From the IMG/VR virus record IMGVR_UViG_3300044841_000066, positions 4,395-68,394 of that record: 64,000 nt of DNA; one strand, written 5' to 3'. Origin of the DNA: a virus. Both the position numbers and the translations under genes were made by a program. This document shows, one piece after another, positions 1 through 8,442 of the stretch. Below the pieces are notes generated by a model. That model saw only the letters and a list, made by a program, of their open reading frames with translations. It was not told where the DNA came from and made no database searches. Numbering within the stretch: position 1 is the stretch's first letter; each line of letters opens with the position of its first letter.

Positions 1-122
1 AGCGTGTGCTGGGTATTTCCAGCGTCGGCTTGCACTATTTCGTTCAAGGCGATCTCAGCGATACCCGGTAGAACCAGGGCACCGATTGCCAGGATGACCA
101 GCGGCTTGACTGACTTAGCCAT
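1..122 (-). CDS. 5' part of a leftward gene running off the window (MAKSVKPLVILAIGALVLPGIAE...)
   Basis: ATG at 122 with AAAGGAA RBS upstream on the - strand; open to the window edge; not in the ORF track. Confidence 0.55.
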   Translation of the reverse strand, partial: MAKSVKPLVILAIGALVLPGIAEIALNEIVQADAGNTQHT

Positions 123-349
123 GAAGTTGCATTCCTTTGGTTGGCAAGGCGTGGATTGGCTTGATGCAATCATATACCCTGCCGTCCCTGGTGCGAAGCG
201 CCGGGACGCTTGAGCGGAGCGAAAGCCAAGGTAACCGTCATGCGCTGGAAAAACAGTAGTTATACCCCAACTCATTCCTCTTACGAATGAATAGTGTAGC
301 TATTCATGTTAAGTAAGAGGTGTGCGCGCATGACGCCCGCATGACGTGC

Positions 350-417
350 GCAGCCACGCCCGCGTTTAGCGCAACCGTGCGTCGCAGCCACGGGCGCGTT
401 TAGCGCAACCGTGCGTC
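350..417. repeat. Tandem 34-bp direct repeat, 2 copies, 32/34 identical
   Basis: GCAGCCACG(CC/GG)CGCGTTTAGCGCAACCGTGCGTC at 350-383 and 384-417. Confidence 0.9.
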
Positions 418-444
418 ATGCGCGAGCGCGCGCGAGGTTAGGGG

Positions 445-472
445 TTGCATCTGTGGAATGATAGGCCTAGTG
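445..472 (+). promoter_or_regulatory. Putative sigma70-type early promoter
   Basis: TTGCAT-N16-CTAGTG, same spacing as the other TTGC-N-GTATAT/CTATCT sites. Confidence 0.4.
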
Positions 473-498
473 ATCGCTCTGGAAAAGGAGATACTCGG

Positions 499-705
499 AT
501 GGTTAGAACCTGCAAAAAGATCGGTTATGCTCGCGGCACCTACAGCGTCCAGCTCATCGAGGATGGGGCAGTTGTCGATGTAAAGCGCTTTCCGGTTGAC
601 TATGCCAAGGCCGCCGAACTCACAGGTAAAGAGCATGAGGCCATTTACGCCGCGGTTCGTAAAACCCGCGACGCCTGGATAAAAAACTGGATTGCGGCCG
701 CCTAA
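499..705 (+). CDS. Small hypothetical early protein (68 aa)
   Basis: AAGGAG RBS before ATG 499; followed by a terminator. Confidence 0.75.
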   Translation: MVRTCKKIGYARGTYSVQLIEDGAVVDVKRFPVDYAKAAELTGKEHEAIYAAVRKTRDAWIKNWIAAA

Positions 706-714
706 CCATTCACC

Positions 715-742
715 AAGCCGGGCCTGGATACGCCCGGCTTTT
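715..742 (+). terminator. Rho-independent terminator
   Basis: AAGCCGGGC/GCCCGGCTT stem followed by a T run. Confidence 0.7.
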
Positions 743-808
743 GCTTGTTCGCATCTGATCGCGTTTTTTTGCTTTGCTTTTCGATCCGATTGCGGTATAT
801 CCAGGTAT

Positions 809-1267
809 ATGACGATCGATCTCGCATCGCTGAGCTTGGACGAACGCCGCGAATTGCACGCGCAACTCGCCTATGAGTTCCGTGGGTCCAAGAGCGGGGC
901 GGCCGAGCTGCCCAATGAACTCTGGGATGCGATCTGTGAGGCGATCAAGACAACCGGCCGCTCGCGTCAACCCCTCGGGCGCTTCCTTGAGAGCTTCGGC
1001 AAGTCAGAGTATCAGCGCTGCTCCGAGCAGATGGACGCATTGATTGCCAGGGCGGTCCCCAAGGGCACGCGTAAACCCGTTGTAATGGCTGTCCGCCGGG
1101 TGATGATCGATACCCTGATCGCCCACCTGGATAACCGGAATATCCCGGTCAGCCCGCGCTCGATCCTGAACAGTTTCGGGATGCTGAAGTATGCCGTCGA
1201 TCAGGCGTACCCGGGTTATATCGAGGCGCAGCTCTTGCACATGGTTGCAATGGCCATCGCGGCCTAG
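809..1267 (+). CDS. Hypothetical protein (152 aa)
   Basis: ORF from MTIDLASL; GGTATAT motif just upstream; phage-like codon usage. Confidence 0.7.
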   Translation: MTIDLASLSLDERRELHAQLAYEFRGSKSGAAELPNELWDAICEAIKTTGRSRQPLGRFLESFGKSEYQRCSEQMDALIARAVPKGTRKPVVMAVRRVMIDTLIAHLDNRNIPVSPRSILNSFGMLKYAVDQAYPGYIEAQLLHMVAMAIAA

Positions 1268-1572
1268 CCGTTTCCACAAAATGCCCAGATAGGCCCGCGC
1301 TCGATCCCTGACCTCAGGGATTGCCGCATAATAGCGATTATGAAAACTCGGCTCATGCGCAATAATCAATAATTTCGACAACAATTAGGTCGCTGTAGGC
1401 GACGAACATCCTGGGTTTTATGCGGGTAAATCTGGATGCTCAGCCGGCATGGCACGCTATTTGCCGAGGCCCCGCGTGCCATGCCGCTCATGCGTGATTA
1501 TCAATTATTGCAATTGACATCATAAATCTCAACATTTCACTTGCAATTCCGATTTACTCTTTGCGATAAGGC

Positions 1573-1606
1573 AAAAGCCGGCGCCCTCCTGGCCGGCTTT
1601 TTCTTT
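1573..1606 (+). terminator. Rho-independent terminator, possibly bidirectional
   Basis: AAAAGCCGGC...GCCGGCTTTTTTCTTT. Confidence 0.75.
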
Positions 1607-1619
1607 GTAAAAAGCGGGG

Positions 1620-1919
1620 TTGGTATATCGCATGCACATGGACATGACCATTCTTTTGATCGAGGGGACCGATTTGACCATTCGCCTGCATACTCACGGT
1701 TATGAATTGTGCCAGGAGGGGACGGTCCGTTTGCGCGTGCGCAACTCCAATGCCGGCTATCAGATGCTGTATATCGGTGAGGATTTCCAGCGCCTCCTGA
1801 CCAGTCGAGATGAAGCATGGCGATTGGTCATGGCACTGGCCGAGATGCTTAGTAACGAGGAAGGATATCCAAATGCCGAACCGGGATTGGACCGAGACCG
1901 CGGACGCGCTGCGGGTTGA
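1620..1919 (+). CDS. Hypothetical protein (start uncertain)
   Basis: ORF following a GGTATAT motif. Confidence 0.55.
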   Translation: MVYRMHMDMTILLIEGTDLTIRLHTHGYELCQEGTVRLRVRNSNAGYQMLYIGEDFQRLLTSRDEAWRLVMALAEMLSNEEGYPNAEPGLDRDRGRAAG

Positions 1920-2256
1920 GCCGAACGAGGAATGGATCGACCAGCATTGCCTCGACCTTTGGGTCTGGCGCAATTGCCGAGAGATCGGGTTAGAATTTCA
2001 TCTACTCCTGATGCCCTGGCAATGGCGGCTTATGCGCGAAAAGAGCGAATACAACAACTCGGCATGCTGGCAGGGCTGCGCACAGTTCGGGCCTTTCTTC
2101 TTCGCCTTCGATGCGACTAGCGGCGCTGCTTTTACTGATGGTTATGGCAACGCAACTAATGACTGGCGCGCTCGCTTTGTCCTCAGCGATCAGAAAGCCT
2201 TGCGGAACTCCCATAAAGCCCAATGGCGACGCTGGCAGCGACGTCTAGGCCGCTGA
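1873..2256 (+). CDS. Hypothetical Trp-rich protein
   Basis: GAGGAAGG RBS before ATG 1873; ends 3 nt before the primase start. Confidence 0.6.
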   Translation: MPNRDWTETADALRVEPNEEWIDQHCLDLWVWRNCREIGLEFHLLLMPWQWRLMREKSEYNNSACWQGCAQFGPFFFAFDATSGAAFTDGYGNATNDWRARFVLSDQKALRNSHKAQWRRWQRRLGR

Positions 2257-2259
2257 GCG

Positions 2260-3231
2260 ATGCAGCTCGACTGGCGTGGGCTTCTCAGCTCGATCCATGT
2301 GGATTGGCGCGATCGTGGAGCTAATTGTAGATCAGGAAACGTGAATATTTCTTGTCCTTTCTGTGGCAACGATCCCTCCTATCATCTGGCCATCGCTGAG
2401 CAACGCGAGGCTTTCTACTGCTACCGCGACGATCGGCATAGTGGCCGGCAATTCGTCTACCTGCTCGTCAAGCTGGGGATTGCGCGACCCGAGGCAATCC
2501 GCTTAATTAACAGCTTCATGATGCATTCCCAACCGATTGTCAGAGAGGCCGTCAAGCAAGCGCCCGGCCATCTGGCGCCGGCTTGGGATCGCTTCGCTAG
2601 TGCTGTCGATAACAGGCATGCTGTAGCCTATCTGACGCGCCGGGGCATCGCCCGCCCTGAGCAGATCATCGCGCGCTATGACTTGCGTGTGGCGCTCGCC
2701 GGGACCTGGGGTCGACGCTTGCTGATCCCCTTCCTATCGCCTCGGGGCGATGTGCTGACCTGGACCGGGCGCGGCCTGATCGACGATATGGTGCCCAAAT
2801 ACCTCACCCAGACATCGAGCGACCCCGGCCTGATCTTTGTGCCCGACTATGATAAGCGCGGCAAAGGCTGTCTTGTCATCACCGAGGGGCCATTCGATGC
2901 TTTGAAACTCGCGATTATTTCGCAAGACTCTCCATTTATCGTTGCGGCGCTGACGGGCAAGCAGCTCAATCCATCGCGGTTGCTCAAGCTGCGCGAGCTG
3001 GCTGACGGCTGCGATAGCGTGCTCGTGGCGCTGGACTCAGATGTGAATACGTCGTCGCATTTTGCAATAATTTCGGATATTGCGGGTTTCTTGCCAATCC
3101 GATATATTGGCCGAGCGCGGTTGCCGTCGGGTTACAAAGACCCGGCCGATCTGCCATCGGAAGGGGCACTAGAATGGCTCATGAGTCAGCGAACCGCGCT
3201 GAAAACGAAAGACCGGCAAAAAGCCATGTGA
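2260..3231 (+). CDS. DNA primase (Zn finger + TOPRIM)
   Basis: CPFC...H...CYR Zn-binding region; ITEGPFD and LDSD TOPRIM motifs; C-terminal KDPAD. Confidence 0.85.
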   Translation: MQLDWRGLLSSIHVDWRDRGANCRSGNVNISCPFCGNDPSYHLAIAEQREAFYCYRDDRHSGRQFVYLLVKLGIARPEAIRLINSFMMHSQPIVREAVKQAPGHLAPAWDRFASAVDNRHAVAYLTRRGIARPEQIIARYDLRVALAGTWGRRLLIPFLSPRGDVLTWTGRGLIDDMVPKYLTQTSSDPGLIFVPDYDKRGKGCLVITEGPFDALKLAIISQDSPFIVAALTGKQLNPSRLLKLRELADGCDSVLVALDSDVNTSSHFAIISDIAGFLPIRYIGRARLPSGYKDPADLPSEGALEWLMSQRTALKTKDRQKAM

Positions 3232-3785
3232 CTTTCGTACGACCCATCATTCGCTTTGAGTGGGGTGGGGCTTTCGAGGGGTGGGCGCGGGGCTGGGTAT
3301 CGCGCAATTTCTGGCGCGTGCGTGAACTGCTTGGCTCGGAGGAGGATGCGCTACAGGAGTGCGCGCTGATCTTTGTCAAGTGCAAGCGCTCCTATGAGGG
3401 GCGGGTGACCAATCCGGCCTGGATGATGGCGCTGTTCAAGCAGGCAGTCGTCAACGACTGGAACACGATGTCGCAGAAGGATAGCCGGCTGCGCGCGCTC
3501 CCGCTCCCCGATGCTGAGGAAGGCATTGATCACAATCCCGGCTTTCTGATGGCGGCGGTTAGCAGTGGATCGGCCGAGCTACAAGAGGTCGTCCGCGTGA
3601 TCGCCAACGCGCCCTCGGAGTTCCTTGGGATGCTGTTCAACAAGGCCGAGGATGTGAATTCGGACAATGCCGAGGTCGCCGCGCAGGCGATCCAGAGCCT
3701 CAATCGCCGGGTAAAGCGGCTCTGCGGTATAAGGGGTACAGCTACGGATGTCATATCCGAGTTGCGCGCAATCCTGATGGGGTAG
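3228..3785 (+). CDS. Sigma70 region-2-like transcription factor
   Basis: EEDALQECALIF...Y...LFKQAVVN resembles sigma region 2; GTG overlaps the primase stop. Confidence 0.5.
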   Translation: MTFVRPIIRFEWGGAFEGWARGWVSRNFWRVRELLGSEEDALQECALIFVKCKRSYEGRVTNPAWMMALFKQAVVNDWNTMSQKDSRLRALPLPDAEEGIDHNPGFLMAAVSSGSAELQEVVRVIANAPSEFLGMLFNKAEDVNSDNAEVAAQAIQSLNRRVKRLCGIRGTATDVISELRAILMG

Positions 3786-3813
3786 CGCGCTCCTCTTATC
3801 AGGAGTACACACC

Positions 3814-4563
3814 TTGCCCGATCGCAGCTCAATTACCAACCATGTCGTTGTATTCAGCGGCGGCATGGACTCGTTCACCCTCTTGCATAGTGTCCTCCGG
3901 CAAGAAGTTACCATTCCGCTTGACAATATCTACGCGCTGTCTTTTAACTACGGCCAGCGTCATAAGCGCGAGTTGAGCGCGGCAAAGATTGTATGCGATC
4001 GGCATGGCGTTTCGCAGCACTTCATCTCCCTGGCATTCCTGAATGATCTGTCGCCGATCTCAGCGCTGACCAGCGATACCCCGGTCCCGCATGGTCACTA
4101 TGCGGCGCCATCCATGAAGCAGACGGTTGTACCGGGGCGCAATACGATCATGCTGGCGGCGGCATTGGCGTTTGCCGAGGGCCTCGATCCGGATCGTCCT
4201 GGCATCATCTATTATGGCGCACATTCCGGCGATCATGACATCTACCCGGATTGCCGGCCAGCCTATATCGAGGCGATGCAGGCGGTTGTCTATACAGCCA
4301 CCGAAGGCCGCGTCATCCTCCGCGCGCCTTTCATGGACATGACCAAGGGCGACATCCTCAAGCATGGGTTGAACATCGGCCTGCTGGCGGAGAATTATCG
4401 GAATACCTGGACCTGCTATGCCGGCGGCGCAGTGTCATGTGGCAAATGCGGTTCATGCACCGAACGCCTGCTTGCGTTTGACGAGGCGGGCATGATCGAT
4501 CCCTTGGAATATCAGGATCGCGATAGCTACAAAGCGCAGGCCAAAGACGATCCAACCGCGTAA
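3814..4563 (+). CDS. queC: 7-cyano-7-deazaguanine (preQ0) synthase
   Basis: FSGGMDS PP-loop, YGQRH, VPGRN, YPDCRP, TWTCY..CGKCGSC Zn motif. Confidence 0.95.
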   Translation: MPDRSSITNHVVVFSGGMDSFTLLHSVLRQEVTIPLDNIYALSFNYGQRHKRELSAAKIVCDRHGVSQHFISLAFLNDLSPISALTSDTPVPHGHYAAPSMKQTVVPGRNTIMLAAALAFAEGLDPDRPGIIYYGAHSGDHDIYPDCRPAYIEAMQAVVYTATEGRVILRAPFMDMTKGDILKHGLNIGLLAENYRNTWTCYAGGAVSCGKCGSCTERLLAFDEAGMIDPLEYQDRDSYKAQAKDDPTA

Positions 4564-4603
4564 CGGGTTGATAATAAACCGAAATTTTAGTTGAAAAAAT
4601 CGC

Positions 4604-4638
4604 TTGCAACAGATAGACCAACCCGCTATCTGTTGCAA
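4604..4638 (+). promoter_or_regulatory. Promoter embedded in a perfect 13-bp inverted repeat (operator candidate)
   Basis: TTGCAACAGATAG-N9-CTATCTGTTGCAA, which contains TTGCAA-N16-CTATCT. Confidence 0.65.
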
Positions 4639-4699
4639 CGCAGTAAGGAAATCCCATCTGCGCGGAATTGCCCGCTCCCAGCATAAGGAACTCGATCCC

Positions 4700-5380
4700 A
4701 TGGCCAAGAAACCCGCCGCCTCCAAGGCGACCCATGACAAGCTCAAGGCCGCCGCGCCGGCCGCTGAGACGGCAACGACCACTCACGAGGCCGCCGTCGA
4801 GGCATCGACTGAGCGCATGGTCGATGAGGCGCTGAACGCGCAGAAGAATTCCGACCCGATCCTGGTCCACGATGAGCTGCTCGACATGGCGCGCGGTATC
4901 AAGGCCGATTTCGCTGATCAGGGCACCAAGGAAGACGACAAGACCTATCTCTGCCGGTTGATGGAAGTCATCTCTGATCTCGACGACCCCACTTTCGACA
5001 CCATGCAGCAGAAGACCCAGGATTGGTACAACGACACAGCGCGTGCCGAGTCCACGAGCAAGCCCTGGCCGCATGGCAACCCCGAGGGCTTCAGCTCCAA
5101 GTTCGGTGGCAAGGCCGACGCCAAGGCGCCCAAGGCACCCAAGGCCGCCGCTGAGAAGGCGCCCAAGGCCGCCAAGGCACCGCCGCCGGCCAAGGGACCG
5201 AGCATCACCCTCAAGGTGCGCGAACTCGTCTGCGCCAATCCCGGCATGAAGCTCGAAGAGCTGGAAAAGCAGCTTGCCGCTGTCGGCCATGTCGTCAAGA
5301 AATCGACGACCTCGACGATCCGCTCCGATGTTCTCGCGACAATCCAGGCCGCCAAGAATGTCGGGGTCTGGAAAAGCTAA
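4700..5380 (+). CDS. Ala/Lys-rich putative DNA-binding protein
   Basis: TAAGGA RBS; KAPKA repeats; helical C-terminal domain; strong codon bias. Confidence 0.7.
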   Translation: MAKKPAASKATHDKLKAAAPAAETATTTHEAAVEASTERMVDEALNAQKNSDPILVHDELLDMARGIKADFADQGTKEDDKTYLCRLMEVISDLDDPTFDTMQQKTQDWYNDTARAESTSKPWPHGNPEGFSSKFGGKADAKAPKAPKAAAEKAPKAAKAPPPAKGPSITLKVRELVCANPGMKLEELEKQLAAVGHVVKKSTTSTIRSDVLATIQAAKNVGVWKS

Positions 5381-5402
5381 GCCTTCCCGTCCTGACTGAT
5401 CC

Positions 5403-5440
5403 CATTACCGCCGCCCGGCACCAGCTAGGCGGCGGTAATG
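5403..5440 (+). terminator. 13-bp stem hairpin (terminator or RNA-processing site)
   Basis: CATTACCGCCGCC...GGCGGCGGTAATG; only a weak T tail. Confidence 0.55.
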
Positions 5441-5481
5441 TTGTCTGGGGTATATATCCAGGCAAGAGAGGATACGCCCGC

Positions 5482-6126
5482 ATGCAGCCGACCCACGACA
5501 AGCTCAAAGCCGCCGTCAGCCTACCGTCACCAACGCGTGCCGAGGCGCTGACAGCGGTCAGGACGTTGATCGCCTATATCGGGGACGATCCCCAACGCGA
5601 AGGCCTGCTGGATACGCCAGAGCGCGTGTTAAAGGCATGGGGCAAGGATTGGGGGCGCGGCTATCAGGAGATCGCGCCGGCCGATCTGATCCGCACCTTC
5701 GAGGGGCAACATAACCCCGCTTACCTGCATCCGGCGCCGCGCCGCTATGACCAGATGGTCGTTGTCAAGAACATCGACATCTTCAGTTGCTGCGAGCACC
5801 ACATGGCGCCGTTCTTTGGCCGCGCGCATATCGCCTATGTGCCGGGGAGCAAGGGGTTGGTCGGCCTATCCAAGCTGGCGCGGGTGGCGGATCATTTCTC
5901 GCGCCGGCTTCAGGTGCAAGAGCGGTTGACCGAGCAGGTGGCCGGCTTCTTGGCTGAGCACCTATCCCCGCATATCGCTGTCATGCTCGCCTGCACCCAT
6001 CTATGCATGGTCAGCCGGGGCGTGCAGCAGGCGCATTCGATTACTCAGACAACCGCATTGCGGGGAGACTTTTACAATGATCCGACCACGAGGGCGGAGT
6101 TCCTCCGCGCCTGCCCCGTCGCCTAA
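5482..6126 (+). CDS. folE: GTP cyclohydrolase I
   Basis: REGLLDTPERV, CEHHMAPFFG, GLSKLAR, RRLQVQERLT, HLCMVSRG. Confidence 0.95.
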   Translation: MQPTHDKLKAAVSLPSPTRAEALTAVRTLIAYIGDDPQREGLLDTPERVLKAWGKDWGRGYQEIAPADLIRTFEGQHNPAYLHPAPRRYDQMVVVKNIDIFSCCEHHMAPFFGRAHIAYVPGSKGLVGLSKLARVADHFSRRLQVQERLTEQVAGFLAEHLSPHIAVMLACTHLCMVSRGVQQAHSITQTTALRGDFYNDPTTRAEFLRACPVA

Positions 6127-7162
6127 ATGCAACATAATTTTGGATAGTGGGGCGTATAGCGCGTGGCGGTCCGGCAAGCCGATCGATCTGGATAAGTACT
6201 GCGACTACCTGCTGGCCAACACGGATTGGATCGGGAGCTATGTCGCGCTCGATGTGATCAATCCCGGCAATCCTGAGGCGGCGGCCAAGGCCAGCTTTGA
6301 TAACTACGAGCATATGCGAGCGCGCGGCCTCGATCCGATCCCTGTCTACCATGTCGGCGAGGACATCTCCTGGCTCTACCGCATGCTGGATGCCGGCGCC
6401 TCCTATATCGGGTTGTCGGCCAGCTCACTGGTCAGCCGCAACAAGGTGGATGATTGGTATGCGCTGGCATGGTCGCATTTGGTTAACTCCGAAGGCTTGC
6501 CGATCATCAAGGCGCATGCCTTCGGGGAGGGGCGCCCGGCCAGCCTCAAGCAATTCCCTTGGTACTCGGCGGATACCACAAGCTGGATTTACACTGCACA
6601 AAGAACGGGTCAGGTGACCTTGCCGGATGGCCAGAGCCTGTCGATGCGGAACGATGGCGGCGGGTCGAAGTCGGCACCGGCCGCCGACGGCTTGCCCGAG
6701 ATCGAGCGCGCCATATTCGACGAGCTGCTCAAAGATGCCAAGATCAACCCGGCGGCATTCCAGGCCGAGGGGATCACCGCCAAGCTGATCCGCACCTACC
6801 TGACAGCGATCTACTACCTACGCTGCCAGGATGCGGTGCGCGCCATGCATCCGATCCGCCATCAACCTGTCGGGTTCTTTCACAATGGCTTCTCGGCCGC
6901 GCCCAAGATCAGCTTTAAGGAATTCAACTTTCACTTGGTGATCGGCACCAACGACACAGCATACGCGGTGATTGCCAAGCTCTTGCATCCGAATGTGTTG
7001 ATTTCCTACTTCATGCTGGCCGGGGTCGATCCGATCCGCCAAGCAACGAACGGGCATCTCGTCAAGCTCCTCAGTCAATTCGCCGCTGATCCGGTGGCGG
7101 CGGTCAAGGCTGAGGACCGCTGGAACCGCTATTGGGTTATTTTGGAGGAATATGTGAAATGA
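6077..7162 (+). CDS. dpdA: DpdA-like 7-deazaguanine DNA transglycosylase (TGT fold), copy 1
   Basis: LDSGAYS, LDVI, PVYH, YIGL, HAFG, YSADTTSW motifs; directly after folE. Confidence 0.8.
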   Translation: MIRPRGRSSSAPAPSPKCNIILDSGAYSAWRSGKPIDLDKYCDYLLANTDWIGSYVALDVINPGNPEAAAKASFDNYEHMRARGLDPIPVYHVGEDISWLYRMLDAGASYIGLSASSLVSRNKVDDWYALAWSHLVNSEGLPIIKAHAFGEGRPASLKQFPWYSADTTSWIYTAQRTGQVTLPDGQSLSMRNDGGGSKSAPAADGLPEIERAIFDELLKDAKINPAAFQAEGITAKLIRTYLTAIYYLRCQDAVRAMHPIRHQPVGFFHNGFSAAPKISFKEFNFHLVIGTNDTAYAVIAKLLHPNVLISYFMLAGVDPIRQATNGHLVKLLSQFAADPVAAVKAEDRWNRYWVILEEYVK

Positions 7163-8229
7163 TTGCCGCCCATCTTGCCGCCTGCCTTGCACCGTTCGCC
7201 CAGCTCGCGAACAAGCACGCCCTATCGGATGTCTACAAGTGCATCGAGGTGCAGCCGCAGCTCGTGCGCGGCTGCTCACAATACGGCGTGCTTGAGGCCT
7301 CGCTGTCGATCGGCATTCCGGAAACGATCTGGATCGACGCGCTGATCTTTACCTCCGTCCTCAAGTCGTTGCCCGACAAAGAGGAAGTCGTCTTCGTGTT
7401 GAAATCCGGCGCGCTCGAGTGGGAGTGCGGCATGGCCACGGGCAAATTGGCGATCATGGCGGCGCAAAAGATACCGCTCATCGATCCGGCGTCGTTGCCC
7501 AAAGACGCACCATGGACGCCCACCGAGAGCTTTATCGACGCGCTGGAATTGGGCGCCCTGGCCTGCGGCTCGGTCGGCATGGCCAGCGCTGGGGTCTATG
7601 GCGTTGTACTGGATAATCGCGCCGACTTCCGCATCGTGTCCTCGGACAATGTGACGGTGGCCTCGTGCCGGGTCTCCGATCGGGTCGCTACCTTCCCCGA
7701 ACGCATCACGCTGTCGCCCGATGCCGCCGCCATGCTGGATACGATACTGAACAATGACGCCAAGGAAGCCAAGCTCAGCATCGGCGAGAACATCGTTTAC
7801 TGCGTCAACAAGGCGTTCCGGCTGCTGCTCCGGCCCATCCCAGCGGTCAAGCATGATCTCCGTGCCCTGACCGATAACTACGCGTCTGCTGACAGCGTGG
7901 CGGAAATCCCGCGCGAGCGTCTCGTCGCCTTTATCAAGCGATCGGCCGCGCTGAGTGAAAACAAGGGACAGACCTATGTTACGCTTGCGGCGGCCGAGGG
8001 CGCGCTGTCGCTGTCGTTTGCCGAGGGCGCGGCATCCTCGGACGAATACTATCTGGTCAAGGACTTGGCGGTGCCGACCTTGCCCGAGATCAAGCTGGAC
8101 GCGGGCCGGGTGGCGCGGGTATTGTCGCATGCTAATGAGATCGTGCTCGACCATATCGAGCGCAAGGTATTGATCTTTCGCGGCATGAACCCGCCTTTCC
8201 TCTATATGGTGGCCGGACGCTCGGAGTAA
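7159..8229 (+). CDS. Putative sliding clamp (DNA pol III beta-like)
   Basis: About 356 aa with an alternating beta/alpha pattern and an SSDN motif; genome also encodes a clamp loader; ATGA overlap with dpdA. Confidence 0.55.
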   Translation: MIAAHLAACLAPFAQLANKHALSDVYKCIEVQPQLVRGCSQYGVLEASLSIGIPETIWIDALIFTSVLKSLPDKEEVVFVLKSGALEWECGMATGKLAIMAAQKIPLIDPASLPKDAPWTPTESFIDALELGALACGSVGMASAGVYGVVLDNRADFRIVSSDNVTVASCRVSDRVATFPERITLSPDAAAMLDTILNNDAKEAKLSIGENIVYCVNKAFRLLLRPIPAVKHDLRALTDNYASADSVAEIPRERLVAFIKRSAALSENKGQTYVTLAAAEGALSLSFAEGAASSDEYYLVKDLAVPTLPEIKLDAGRVARVLSHANEIVLDHIERKVLIFRGMNPPFLYMVAGRSE

Positions 8230-8234
8230 CAGAC

Positions 8235-8438
8235 ATGGTTCGGGGTAATTTCGAAACGCTAAAGCAACTCGATACGCTGCTCATGATGCCCTACCTTGAG
8301 GTAGTAGCAAGACAGATCGCTGCGGATACAATGCGATTGGTTGCGGATAAGCATGGTCTGCGCTTACCCGATGATCTTTGGCAACAAGCGATCGGCAAAG
8401 CCCAAGAGAAAATTGCCAATGATTTCGGGTTGAAGTAG
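8235..8438 (+). CDS. Small hypothetical protein
   Basis: GGAG RBS; fills the gap between clamp and methyltransferase. Confidence 0.6.
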   Translation: MVRGNFETLKQLDTLLMMPYLEVVARQIAADTMRLVADKHGLRLPDDLWQQAIGKAQEKIANDFGLK

Positions 8439-8442
8439 GCGA

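Noticed and set aside
327-417. Mini CRISPR array
   Set aside because: The copies are directly adjacent with no spacers, and there are no cas genes
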